This document shows, piece after piece, positions 42,313 through 55,400 of a stretch of 64,000 bases of DNA. The notes beneath the pieces are model-generated. The model was not told the origin of the DNA, did not search any database, and was given only the letters and a program-made list of their open reading frames with translations. This DNA comes from Amoebidium appalachense. Lineage: Eukaryota > Protista > Ichthyosporea. Each line of letters begins with the position of its first letter. Position 1 is the stretch's first letter. The position numbers were made by a program, and so were the translations under genes. The stretch lies in assembly GCA_963693365.1 (NCBI GenBank), contig CAVNZM010000002.1, forward strand, positions 10,534,328 through 10,598,327. The letters run 5' to 3'.

Positions 42313-45300
42313 TGCCGGGGCCGGTGCTAAAGAAGTGGGTGCAGGTGACCGTGTCCAGCCACATGCTTGGAGCCGTGGACATGGCCTACCAGAGCCTGTC
42401 GGCAATCGACAGTGTACGTGGCGGCGAAAAAAAGGGTGGGGGGGGGCATTGGAAACTGACCATCCGTGCAGGCATACTGGAGCAAGCCCCAGGACCGGCT
42501 GGACTACAAGCCATTCAGCCTGGACAATCGCACCGGGGTGCCGCTGGACTTCTGGTGGGCCCCCTGCGGGCATGCCCCCAACTGTAGGAATAGCCTGCTG
42601 ACACGTGCACAGGCCCGTGGGCATGGAGGGCCGCAGGTTTGAGGTTGCCGCCGGGGCCAGTCAGCAATTCGACCTGGGCCCGGCCAGGGACCTGCTGGGC
42701 CCAGTACGTGGCCCGGCCTGGCCCGGGTGGGGGGGGAGGGGAGGATGACTAAGGGGGCTGCACAGGGCCAGCAGGCCGGCCCCCAGCAGACAACCGTGGA
42801 GATAAAGCTGCTGGGCTACCGGCCCCTCAAGCCCATCGAGGTGGGTGGTTGGCCTGTGCTCCAATGCCCTCAGCCCGGCATGTGGGGTTTGCGCATTGCA
42901 CATGCTAGGTCTCCTGCATGTCGTGCCCCATCCATAAATTACTAGCTCCTGCCTTCACTCTGCACTTGTTCAGGCAGGAGCTTATTGCATATTCGTGTTT
43001 GCGCGGGCGGGGAAGGGGGGGGGGGGGGGGGGTATTAAAAGTGGACTAGAGAAATGTGCAGGGCTAAGGAAGCCCTGCCGAAAGCGCCAACAGCCACTTA
43101 GCGTGCCGAACTGAGGGCCGGAAACCATTATACCCAGCAGGGTCATTGAAGCCACGCCATATGATCGCATAGTGTGGTACCAAAATGTTGGCCTGCTCTA
43201 ATTTTACATAGGCAGGGAGGTGCATGGACCAAGCAGCCATTGATTCAATGCAAATAGTCATTACATGGCCCCTGAGCCGATATGGGCTCGCAATCATGCG
43301 GTTTCGATTTAGAACTTTCCTGTCACTCGATGCTGCGACGGCTCTTCAAACAAACAATGTTAGAAACTTCTGCAAGATATGTTATCGTATATTTGTGCTT
43401 GATTTGCGACTTGATCAAATCCAGGCTTGCCAGGCCAAAAGGTCGACCTTGACTGATAAGATGTCGACATCACATGGCCACACATAACCAGAGACTGTGC
43501 AGTGACATTTGTTAGCGGGCTCAGGACGTTTGGCTTAGACCCTCGACCTAATATGTACCTTCCACGAAAAGACACACGAAGTTAAAGCTCGATCGGCATC
43601 GATTGACCTAACTTTATTATCCAATGGTTAGCGATCGATTTTTTTTTGATTTGATACCACATTGATTCGATGGTTGGTCGAGGGCTGAATTCTAGTTCGA
43701 TCGTCATCTGGTGAGAAAAGTTCTTTAATCGAAAACACGTGAAAAAGCACATGTATCTTAATAAAATATTTTCTGTTTGCGTTTCGCTAACGAACAAATA
43801 GTATCACTTGATAGAGAATAAAAAACTTTCTACTAAATATTGGTTTGATTGGGGTTCTGATCGGTGCGAAGGGTCGACAATTGAGAAAACAAAGTGTGTC
43901 TTTTCGTAGAGGGTACACATTAGTACAGGCGTCCGCTGATGCTGAAAGCTGCTACTGCATTTAATCGAAGCCATTGATCCAAATGTGTGTGGTGACGACG
44001 GTGCCGGCACGGACGTGCAACTTGCATACCCGGTGCACAGAGGCCATGGCTTGCCTTTGCCTCCTGCGTGCTTTTACACCTCATTGCATTCCGAACGGCC
44101 AATAGGCAACCAAGAAGTACCCTGGCCTACATTTGCTCATGTGCCGTGCACAGCCCTGATAAGTTTCAGGGGCCAAAATATTGTGCAAAGTGCTCGATTC
44201 GGTGCACGGTGGATCCTGCTTGTGGTGATCATGTAACTCTAGCTAGGGAGTACGATTTAGCCTCGGTCCCAGAGCTAGTAAGCAACTGCGCTCTAGCCAA
44301 GCAGCTCGGTGGATGATGGACATAGCAGGCCGTTGTTAGAGCCTCTTAACCTGTTGATACCGGCAAATTTCCCAAGATCGAGATCAACGTGTCACTTTTC
44401 GACATGACCAAGTTTCTGCTGTAATGTGAGCATAAAGTTGATAAAGAAGTAGCCTATGAAAAGTTACACGAAAATAAAATATGTATTCATCCTTTGTTTT
44501 ATACAAAAAAACTTGAACTTTGTTCTAACACACGATACTTTGTATTTAGTGTAACTACGAAGGGTGCTTGCCGGCTTGACGAGTCAATGTCGACATCCAA
44601 ATGCTGTCAATGCAAGCTTCTGATTGGACCAATGTGAAAATGGCAGAATATGATTGGCCGGCTCAGTCGACATTCGATGACAGCTCCAAGATTTTCTCAA
44701 AATCTCGAAAGTCCCTTCAGAAACAGATATAAAAGTACACGAAATAAATCCACAGACCAACTTAGAAAAATATGTAGGTAAGACATATCCTGTCGGCATA
44801 TGCAATTTATTTGAGCTTTTTCTAATGATTTTGAGTTGAGCTTTTTCTAATGATTTTGAGTCACAATAGAGTTGTTTAGAGCTGGCCGGCTGCCGGCCAA
44901 ATCAATTAGTGCCGGCCCGAAGAGGTTAAGGCCATGATGATGAGCAAAGTTCAAGTGTGCATGGCGGGTACACGAGCATGGGGAAGAGTCAGGGGTATTG
45001 AAAGCGGCCATGATCTGGTTGCTTAACCATGCACTGGTGACATCTATCTGCTGGCCAGCCAGAGAAGGAAGGAGGGCAGAGAGATGAGAAGGCAGACCAT
45101 GCACATGGCCCTCTGGGCTGCATGTGGCAATGCAGGCCCAAGCTTGGCCCCCTGCTGACAGGGTGGGGGTGCTGCAGGTGTCGCGCACAGGGCACTTTGG
45201 GCTTCTGGCATGCCCGGAGCAGCAGGGCAACCAGCGGGACCACGTGCTGGTAAAGAAGGGGGCGCTGGGGGGGGGGGGGGGGGGGGGGGGGATGCTTGGG

Positions 45301-47981
45301 GCCATGCTGAGGGTGGGACAGGTCAATCTGGAGATCCACAACAACCGCAAGACCATCGAGGTGCGCTCCATGGTGCAGCTGGCCAACCGCATGCCCGTCG
45401 ACCTGGCCCTGTGCCTGGAGCACCCCGCCACAAAAGACTGGTACCGTTCCCCTCCAGCCCAGAACACCCAAGTGGCCTAGGCCCTCCCTGACCAGCCCCT
45501 GCAGGACCGAGCCCATTGTGGTGTGTGCCGGGGAGGTCTACCCGCTGCCGCTCCAGTACGTGCGCAGCAACTTCAAGGTGCGGCCAGAGGTGCCCGGCAT
45601 GCACTACAACTACTGGTAGGGGCATGGCCCGTGGCTGGGCGGGCTGGTGGGCGCTGCTGACGCTTGTTGCAGCAATGCGTTGGTGCAGGATGCCGCCGAC
45701 ATCAAGTTCCTCAAGTGCTTCAGGTCCACCCTGCATGCCCCCTGGGCCATGGCCGGGCACATGCAGTGCACTGACCCCACATGCAGGCAAGGGGAGGCGG
45801 GGCCAGGGGCATACAACATGATCCTGCACACCGAGACGCGCAAGCAGCAGGTCACGCAGTTTGTCTCCTACAACCTGCAGCCCCCCCTGCGCCTGGAAAA
45901 TCTGTGCCCCTGTGACATGATGTGGGTGGCCAGGCCTGGCTGGCCGGTGGGGTGCCGGGCATGTGCTGATGGGGGCCCGCAGCGTGATGCTGGGCACCGA
46001 GGAGTCGCTGCACGTGGGGTCTGGCGAGGTGCGGGAGGTGGTGGGGGTGGACTTCAGCAAGGAGGTGACGGCCCGCATCAAGCTGATTGACGAGCCCTAC
46101 AATGCCTCCCCGGTCTTCCGCCTGCACAAGCCCGGCCCCAATGCACGTGCCCCCTGCCCAGCCATGCTGGCCAACCCCTGCACTTGTGCTGATTGGCTGG
46201 CCGCAGGCGCAGCGGGATGTGCAGGGCGCCGTGGAGCTGGAGGAGATAGCCAGCACCAATGCCCGCCCACCCGTGGGCTACGTGGGCAGCAGAGCCCTGA
46301 CCCTGACCCTCACACACACCCAGCGCGTGCCGCAGGGGCCACGGCATGTGGGTAGGTCAGGGCAGCAGGGCGGCAGGAGGGCAGGCAGGGCCTTTGCTCA
46401 CGGTGGTGGGGTGCAGCCATGTGGGCGCCGTTCTGGATCATCAACCAGACCGGGCTGCCCCTGCGCTTCCGCCAGCACTTCAGACAGGTGGGTGCAGCCG
46501 GCCCCAGCAGCCTGGCCTGGGTGGGTGCTGACGGCCCTGCAGGTGTCATCCCGGCTGGTGCCGGGCACAGGCAGCCGGCCCTTCATGTGGGCCTTCCGGG
46601 GGGGGGACTCTGGGGCCAGCATGGACGATGCCGACCAGCTGTGCATTGCCAGCGAGGTGCCTGCCTGCCCCTCCCCTGTGCCCGCCCCCAGAACTGAGCT
46701 AATGCCGGGCACAGAATACGGATTGGAGCTCGCCATTCCGCCTGGATCTTGTGGGCCAGGGCCGCCGGCTGGACCTGCGGGTGAATGGGGGCATGCGTGC
46801 AGCATTCAGCACGTCCAAGGCCTATGAGATTGGTGCGTGAATGGGTTGGGGGCTGGGCACGATGGGGAACTGACGGGGCCGGCAGCATGCAAGACCACGC
46901 GGGCGCTGGGGCGTTTTGAGCGGGTCAAGGTCACGGTGCTGCTGCCCAGCATCATGCTGGTCAGCAAGGTGCGCATCCCCTGCCCCCCCTAGCCAGGCCC
47001 ACGCGGTGGCTGACATGGGTGGCAGTGCAACGTGCCGGTGGTCTACTACCAAGCCACATGTACCGACCGCATGGCCATCCAGCCAGGCCAGAAGGTGCCC
47101 TTCCACTGGTGTGTGGCCCCCCTGCACCGTGACTGCCGGCGGGCTGGCTGGGGTCTAACAGGGGGGGCAGGCCCAGTGTCAAGGAGCCCAGGGTGCTGTG
47201 CCTGGAGGTCGACCACGAAGGGTATGCCATGGCGGCTGGGGCCTTGCATGGTGGCGGCTGGGGTGGCTGTGGGCATGGCACTGATGGGCTGGGCAGGGGG
47301 CGCTATGTGAGCCAGGGGTTTGGGGTAGAGATGGGGGTCAGCAACTTCAGCGTCAAGCTGCGCATGGTGGGGGGGCGGCGCATCATGTACATCCCCGTGG
47401 TGCTCAAGCAGATCAAGTCGTGCCACGTGCTCATCCTGGGCCAGCCAGTGGGCCGCCTGCCCACCACCTATGTTATCAAGAACCTGACCTCCGTGCGTGC
47501 ATGCCCCCCGGGTGGGGCCATGGGAGGGAGGGCACTGACAGGGGTTGCAGCACGCCATCACGGTGCGGCAGGATGCGCCGGGGGTGGAGGCCGAGGAGCT
47601 GGGGCCGCACGTCCAGGTGGCCTACGGCTGGGACTGCCTGCTGGCCGACCCCAAGCGTGCGTGCCCTGCTAGGCCCATGGGGGCTGGGATGGGTCCGTTC
47701 TGACGGCTGGGCTGCAGGGCTGGTGGTGACGTTCCCAGGCATCCCTACGGCCACGGGCATGGGCCGGCAGGAGGTCTACGAGCTGGACACCTTGGTGCGC
47801 GCCCTGGCTGGGCCCATGCGGGGGCAGCCATGCCAGCAGGCCAGACACTGACACTGACGGGCGGTGCAGAACACGTATGTGCCCGTGGAGTACAGGCGCT
47901 ACTTCTACATCCAGACCCCAAGCGGCCTGGTCCTGCAGCCCACACAGGTAGCCCATGCCCGAACCCTTGCTTGCTGACCTG

Positions 47982-48022
<41 letters not shown>

Positions 48023-51000
48023 CGTTGGTTTCCACAGAAGCGGTGGAAAGGGGATCGATGTTTACTGAGGGGAGGGGGGAAGACCCCAGACGGCAAGACA
48101 TTCATCCGGCTCAAGGCGCGCAACAGTGCGCAGCGGGACCTGCAGCTGTGGTACATGGACCGGCAGACCATCCGGCTCAAGGCCACAGACGACCTGCTGC
48201 TGGTACGTGCCCCTGGGGGGCTGGGGGCCAGGCGGGTGCTGACAGTGTGCAGCCGCTGCACGGTCGGGTGGAGGAGTACACGCAGCTGGTGCTGGGTGAC
48301 GAGCAGCAGCTGCTGGCCGAGTGCTGGGTCCTGCGCCCGGGGGGCCAGGTGGTCAGCGCGCAGGCCTGGCACATGGCCTGGCAGGTCGAGACGGACCAGC
48401 CCGGCAGCGTCGTGCGCATCATGCCGGCCTCCTGCGACCCCCGCCAGCGCTTTGTGCTGAACTACGTCACCCCAGGTGCGCCCCTGCAGCCAGACCCATG
48501 CCCCATGAATGCTGCGGTCCACTTGTACAATGCCTTTTGTCTTTCTTTGTTCTTGCCTGAAGGTGTGTGTGTGCATGTGGTGTGCGCGTGCATGTGTGAG
48601 TGTGTGCATGTGTGCGTGCACGCATGCATGCGTGCGTGTTTAAAAATGTGTGTGTTGGGGGAAGGAAGAAGTCAGGGTGGGGGTGGGGGTGAGGGGGTGT
48701 TGGGGGGGGCATCAATATTCGTGTACGTGTACCACCACGTCGATTATCGGTCCCGTCGTCCCGGGATATGCTTTAAGCGCCAAGTCGGTATGTTCCGGTG
48801 ACACAGCTAGTATGGCAATGCCCCAAAGGAGGCAATATCATACCCTGGAAAAAAGCGGTCATTGCACTGGGGCATAGGAAGAAACCGGAGACATTGGGAA
48901 TGGGACGGTTTACCCAATGATCTGACGACGTCACGGCTAGGAATGCCGGGTTAAATCTTGTAAGGGCTGGCTTGTGCATGGCAGAAGCTATACATTCAGT
49001 CATGGAACCTCCTAGATGGTTGGTGTGCTAGTTCTATGAGCCAGCCCATGGCCTTGGCATGGTCACGTGATGGCCGTGCTGCCACACATGGGGCCTGGCC
49101 AGGCCGTGATGCTACTCTACATATTACTGTTCGTTCCGGCAACCTTCACTCGTTCGAGATTTTTGGCTTATCCGACTGCGTCCGGCACGACCACGTCTGT
49201 GTTCTATGTGTGCATGATTTCGACATGAGCCACAAAAACAAAAGCTACCATTTCCTGCATGCAAAAAAAAATATGAAAATGACTTGTTCATTTCACTTCA
49301 GTCAGCTCCAAACTTCCCCCAATCTTGAAATCTCGTTTTGCTGCTAAGATCTATACCTGTTGACATTTACAATTTTTATGAGCTTTTTCTATCAATCTTG
49401 AGCCGCAATAGAGTCGTTAGGAGTGTGGTTGGGTCCCGACCGGATGCACCCGACAGGTTAACGGACAGCTCAGCCAAATAGTCAATGGGCCCGCAAGCCC
49501 CTCTGCCTACCGCATAGTCGACACATGTGGGGGGTGCCTGTTGGCCTGGTCTAGCTGTCGGGCCAGCAGGAATGCAGATGTGTTCAGCCACCGGCCAGCA
49601 GGGCTTTAGTAGGGGCCACGGTGCTGACGTTGCATGCAGGGACGGGCAAGATCACGGCCAAGGTGCTTGCCGAGGGCCCTGTGCGGGTGCTGCGGCTTGC
49701 CGATGGTGGGTGTTGGGGTGCTGGGGGGCGGGTAGTTGGGGCGGGTGTGGTGACGGGGCTGGCAGTTGAGCCGCAGGTGGGGGACGAGAGCATCGACTTC
49801 CGGGGGGTCAACCTGGCCCTGTCGGGGGACAGCACGGAGCGGCTGCAGCTGCAGGTCAAGGTGGGGCTGAGCAGCGGGCTGTGCATCTCGCTGATTGACG
49901 ACCGGCCCGTGGAGGTGGGCAACGTGGTGCTGCGCGCCATCGAGCTGCGCTACACAGACACGGACCTGCACCGCCAGCTCAAGGTGCGCATAGCCAGCCT
50001 GCAGGTCGACAACCAGCTGTTTGCCGACCCCAAGCGCCTGCGCCCCGGCATCCACAGGTCTCCCTCCCTCCCAATCCGCCCCTGCTTTCCATGTATGGAG
50101 TTACTGACTGGTGCGCCATGCCAGTGTGGTTGTGGCCCCCCTGCCCGACGAGCGGCGGCGGCCTGGCAAGAAGCGGGGGTCAGGCAGCGGATCCATGCTC
50201 AGGTGGGTGGCAGAGGGGCCCCATGGGGTTTGCCTGGTGGTTGCTGACGCATGTGGGCAGCCTGACATCGCAGAAGGACCCAGAGCTGGAGACGGCGTAC
50301 TTTGAGTTCTTCGGCAAGGTGTCCAAGGAGAGCACGGCCGATGTGCTGATTGTGCGCGACATCAACATGTAGACAGCCTGCCTAGGCACCCCATGCATGC
50401 TGCTGGGCCTTTTACTGACGGGCAGGGCAGGGCGGTGCAGAACTTCAACGTGTTCCTGGAGGAGGAGTTCTTCTACCGCATGGCCAACCTGTTCACGGTC
50501 CTGCTGGCCCGCCAGGTAAATTGCCCCCTGCCTGCACTGGGCCCTGCAAAGCCCCACTGACAGGCGCCGCAGGATGACGGCAGGGCCCTGGTGTCCGTGG
50601 ATCCGCTGCAGGAAATCGAGAAGCAGTTCGAGGTGCCTGCCCCGCCAGCAGGGGGGGAGGGGGGAGGCAGGGTGGTGACGTTTGGGCAGAACACGGGGCG
50701 TGCGCGGCTGTACGTGGAGAGGCTGGAGGTTGCGCCGGTGGACTTCTACATCAGCATCATCCGCAGCGGGGGGCTGCCGGCCGACCTGCAGGTGCTGGGG
50801 GAGCTGCAGGGGCTGCCGCTGGTCACCATCAACTACCTGCAGCTGCGCCTGGCCCGGGTGCGCCTGCACCACGCCTTTGACGACCCCCTGGCCGTGTTCC
50901 ACCGCATCCGCCGCCAGTACAAGACCCAGCTGCTGAGCCAGTGGTACAAGGTAGGCCCCCACTCCCCCAGCAGGCCCCCTGCATGCGGGCCCACCTGACA

Positions 51001-51943
51001 TGCGGCCGGGCTGCAGGGCATTGCCCACGGGCTGTCTGTGGCCGCCAGGGCTGTGACGTCGGTAAGTGGGCTGGCTGGCTGGCTGGGGCGCACATGGGTG
51101 CAGGGCCTGAGGGTGGGCCCAGACGCTGGCCGACTGGACGCTGGACGAGGACTACCAGCGAGACAGGGTGCGCCGCAAGGAGGAGGCCAGAGGTGCGCCA
51201 GCCTGCCCATGTGCCCATAGGGTGGGGGGGGGGAGGGGGATGCTGACGGGCAGGGGGCAGCGGACAGTCCAGGGGCACAGTTTGCCAGCGGGGTCAAGGG
51301 GCTGTTTGGGGGGGTGGCCAGCGGGCTGACGGGCATTGTGGAGAAGCCCATTCGGGGGTTTGCAGAGGAGGGGGTGGAGGGGCTGCTGAAGGGCGTGGGC
51401 AAGGGCCTGGTGGGGGTGGTCATGAAGCCCGTGGGCGGCGTCAGCGACTTCATGGTCGAGACCGGCAGCGCCGTGCACTCGGGCACCACCGCCCCGGTGC
51501 GTGCCCCTGCCCGCCCCTGCCTGCCCCAGCCAGTTGCTGGGCCGGGGCTCACGGGTGGGGCTGCAGCGCATTGTGGCGCAGGTGGTGCGGCTGGCGCGCT
51601 GGATCCCCCCCGACAAGGTGCTGGTGCCCTACGACGAGTATGCGGCCGTGGGCCAGCGCATGCTGTGGTCCCTGCTGGCCCTGCACTCAAAGGACCCCCC
51701 TGGCCCCCGGGAGGTGCGTGGACCAGGCCTGGCGGGTTTGCCTGTGTGCAGGGCTGAGAGCAGGGGGTGCAGGAGGTGTACCAGATGCACGTGTGGCTCA
51801 ACCCCGGCAGCACGGCCACGGCCCTGTGGCCCGTGGATCCGCCCCGAAACCCTGGGCACTGCCTGCTAGTGTCAACCCGCCACATCATCGAGTTCTTTGT
51901 GCAGACCGACGGCGACAAGGTATGAGCTGGGCGCCCAGGGATT

Positions 51944-51976
<33 letters not shown>

Positions 51977-52429
51977 CTCCTGACAGGCAGGGGCAGCGCT
52001 ACTATGAGATCCAGAGCATGCACCCCATGAGCCGGGTGGTCTCGGCCTGTGCCACATCACCCCCACCCGGGGGCCTGCGCATCACCCTGGCACCCCCCTC
52101 AAGCCCGGCCCTGCCCAACCAGGTCTCCCGCCTGGGCCATACACGGTCGGCATCGGGCAGCGGAGCCACCGGGCGTGAGCTGTATGTCGGGAGGGCAGGT
52201 GGGTGGAACCGGGTGGGTGCTGACACACTTCCACAGGGTGCGAGCTGGGGGGCTGGTGCCTGCGGGTGTGGGGTGGCGAAGTGGGTCGGCCACATCGCTG
52301 CGGCAGCTGAGCGAGCCCACCGATGCGCAGTACACACTGCCCACGGCCAGCCAGACGGCGGCAGTGGCGCGCACCATTGAGCTGACCATGCTGATAGCAA
52401 GCCAGGCCGAGGACTGCGTGACCATCTAG
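25451..52429 (+). CDS. VPS13D: VPS13D-like bridge lipid-transfer protein, dozens of exons
   Basis: Chorein-N MLESLACDLLNEYFGAYVENLNRENLSLQVWK|GEVQL...HIEKLSMRIPW; LVNMETWVLLIDFF; UBA-like AEGYEKAWCKAALDRNN|EDLDNAVMWL (~41350-41515); VAB-like repeats (WIINQTGLPL); ricin-like QLWYMD segment (~47870-48470); ATG2_C-like SGLTGIVEKPIRGFAEEGVEGLLKGVGKGLVGVVMKPVGG; TAG at 52427-29. Confidence 0.88.
35670..35724. repeat. Nested inverted/direct repeat (22-bp perfect inverted arms) in a VPS13D intron
   Basis: TGTCTTTGGGCACTGCAAATGC (35670-91) and its exact reverse complement (35703-24); TGCCCAAAGACATTGCATT occurs twice directly. Confidence 0.85.
43551..43920. mobile_element. 370-bp MITE with 27-bp TIRs and TA target duplication
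   Basis: Left end ATATGTACCTTCCACGAAAAGACACAC versus reverse-complemented right end ATGTGTACCCTCTACGAAAAGACACAC (3 mismatches). Flanked by cTA...TAg; AT-rich non-coding interior. Confidence 0.8.
44350..44925. mobile_element. piggyBac-like non-autonomous element flanked by TTAA
   Basis: TTAA|CCTGTTGATACCGGCA ... TGCCGGCCCGAAGAGG|TTAA (imperfect TIRs). Internal 25-bp tandem duplication at 44811-44860. Confidence 0.65.
49123..49461. mobile_element. Diverged, shorter relative of the 44350-44925 element
   Basis: Collinear shared blocks (CTGTT..CCGGCAA..TCGAGAT, TTTCGACATGA, CAGCTCCAA, GAGCTTTTTCTA, CAATAGAGT) and right end CCCGACAGG|TTAA. Left TTAA is degenerate. Confidence 0.55.
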
Positions 52430-55400
52430 CACGAATGACCCACCACCATGCATGAAGGCTTGCCATTGTGTGTTTATTAGCTGCCCTCCCTGCCGGCTTC
52501 TGGCTTTGACCCGGATACGAAAGGGAAAATTCGAAAAAAAAAGTTTTCAATCGAATGCTTCCTAGGCATGGCATATATCCCTCAAACACTTGGGGGGAAA
52601 AAAGAAAGAAAGAAAGGCGTTGGTGGTGGTGCCAGTGGCGGTTGGGAGGAAATAAGGTGCCTGGATGATTCATTGGGCTTTTGGTTCGGTACATTCCAGA
52701 GTCTTTGAATACGGACTAAGTGCAATTTCCCCAACGAAGAGTTCAGGTCTATATTCCTACTTTTTTATAGTTTTTTAAAAATATATCGGCACTTCACTGT
52801 GTGATGCCTGATGACCTTAGTGTCATTGACTCTATTTGGCCACGTATGCATGAGGGCTCTTTGCAGGCATGGCCCTTACCTGTCACCGCACTGTGACCCA
52901 TGCCACAGAAACTTGGCCCTTGTCCCCCGCACTGTGCACGTGCTGGGCGGGGCATGGCATAGGTGTCAGCAGACACAAGCATTATGCCCTTTGGGTACCC
53001 CAAGTTTAGGAAGTGGGCCTTGTGGCGTGTGTGGCTCACACTAACCTGGCTGGACCATCATTTTCGCCAGATTTGAGATCAGGGCATGCGCACAGTTACT
53101 CAAACGCATGCAAACCTGTGTCCTAATGTGAGCCTGAAGTTGCTAAGAACCAGCAAGTTAAATGGTGTGTGAACGCTTAAGATATATGCATACCCTTTGC
53201 TTCATGCAATAGAAGGTATTTGTTCCTGCAGTGTTCCGACATTTTGTACATGGCATGATTAAGGGGGCTGCCACGAGCCGTTTGGCAGCATGTGATTTGG
53301 TTATTAGAGCAGAATTCTAATTGCACTATTGTGAGTGTGGCAAAGGTAAAACCATTTTTGGCTGCATTCGGTCGCATTTTGCAAAATCCTGAAAATCACG
53401 TCAGAAATAGATACAATATTAAATGAAGTCACGATATAGTCTTCTGAGGTACTGGCATAGCGAACACTTCCGTGTGATAGTATATCCTGTCGATGTTTAC
53501 CAGATATTCGGGCAAAAAAAAAAAAAAAAAAAAAAAAAAGGGGGCGAACCAATATTTTTGTTTCACTTCTGCCCCATCAGGCTAGACAAATCAATCAGTG
53601 GTGGTGTGAACAGGTTAATGAAGTACATTATCTGAGATTCCGAGTACACAAGAAACAAGAAGGCAAACATTGTGTCTCTCTCAGATCTCTCTCTCTCTCT
53701 TTTTTTTGGGGGGGGGGGGAAGGGGGTAGATTCCCTTACGTCCCTCCCCCGCCCCCCTTTCCCCCGCCCCCCCTCCCCCCTCCCCCCCTCCCCCCCTCCC
53801 CCTCCCCCCCCCCCCCCCCCCCCCCCGGCCTTTTCCTGCTTTCTCCGCAGGCATGTGATTTCTCTCTTATCACGTAAACATATTGATTGAGATTTGTGTG
53901 TCAGCGCCAACAAATAATCAACAACTGGGCCAAATCTCGTTTTGCCCAACTTCCATTGCTGATCATGTGGCTACCAGTAGTGGCGTGCTGCACCACCACA
54001 TTCCTTTCGGACTGGGTGCATTTTCCGGAGCCATGCGGTCCAGCCAGAGGTATGCCTACATGCAATCTGAACGACACGACTCATCTTTCTAAATGATTCG
54101 ACCAAAGCTCGACTCGACCGGAATGATCTCAATAAAGCAGAAAGAAATGTAGCACAAGCCAGCTTGCTTCGATGTAGAATGATAGCGGGTGTAACAGTTT
54201 CACGTATACAAAAAGAGTGCGGCCAGTTGGTAAAGGTCGACTTCATCCGTGACCTTGTGCATGTGTAGCGCTGTTACTGGTACGACTACTCATGGCGAGC
54301 TCTGTTCTGAACACCACGCTGGGGCACCAATACCACCTGCCAGCACGGTGCCAGTAGGCCGGAGGCAGAGAGTCCAGCCATGGCCCGTGGGGTCTCTGCC
54401 GTCAGTGCAAGGTACCGGTAGGTCCACAGGCAGCTGGGCAGGCCCACTGCCACCATGGCTCTGCCTCTGCCTGATTGGCTGGCTTGATCGACCTGAGCAA
54501 CTGCGCCACATTCCAAGCGGTAAATATGAACATTAACAGGTGTGCATGTATTGTAGGAACCGTTAGCTTATAACTCTGCTACCATGCGCAGACGATGCGA
54601 CACCTATGTGGAATTACACTCACACGAGAATGCATATGCATGTGTCAATCTGACCTCTCGAGAACCCTTGGAGGCTGCTATTATATAAGCGCTCCCACCA
54701 ATCAAAATATCGATCTGGTGGGTTATTCACCAATCAGAGTCACGCAGACCTGGTGTGTGACCCCTGTGGGTAGTCAGCCTAGAACTCACTAGCTATATTA
54801 TCTTAGACGAACATATACTGAACATCCATAAATATACATGAATAGATATAAATATATGCCACTCACGGGCAGCTCACGGCTGCTATGCCGCAGCATGGCA
54901 GTTTAGTTACGCCAGCTACTAGTAGTATATTTTGCATTGCCCGCACGCGCTGCTGAGCTACATTTTTGTGACGTCACATAGTTCCTTGAGTGCATGGTTT
55001 CTAAGTTGCAGTGTTTGGTCAGCTTAAGAATATTTTTGTTACAAACAAATTTAAAGTACTACCACAACTGAAAGATTGGCTAAAGGTCAGGTACGATTTG
55101 ACAGACTCTCCACTCCCCAGTTTCGCGCGCGCACGCGGCCTCTCGCATTCAAATAAATCTATCCCAAAACGTTTTCCGGTTATCCTTCTTTATCTCAAAT
55201 GTATCTTATATCATAGACCTCTTCACAATTTTTTTATTCCGTTTTTTCAAATATTACTTGATGGTCACTCTCTTTATGAAAGCCTTTCTTTCCCCCCCCC
55301 CCTCCCCCCACCCCTCTTTCCCCCCGATTCACCAACGCCACTTCTGAACGTCCTCAGCCTAACCTCTTTCAACCTGGTCCTTCCTCTCATTATCTCACTC

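Noticed and set aside
27000-52400. Numerous 100-400 aa antisense or alternative-frame ORFs over VPS13D (and over SMG5 and flotillin)
   Set aside because: Expected from high GC content and codon bias; no recognisable domains.
53880-54250. Helicase-like LLVAT.SAMEVG peptide on the minus strand
   Set aside because: Interrupted by stops, with no other helicase motifs in frame.
54880-54923. Helitron-like 3' end (hairpin followed by CTAG|T)
   Set aside because: Spacing of 17 nt is long, the stem is imperfect, and no 5' TC end, second copy or RepHel remnant is visible.
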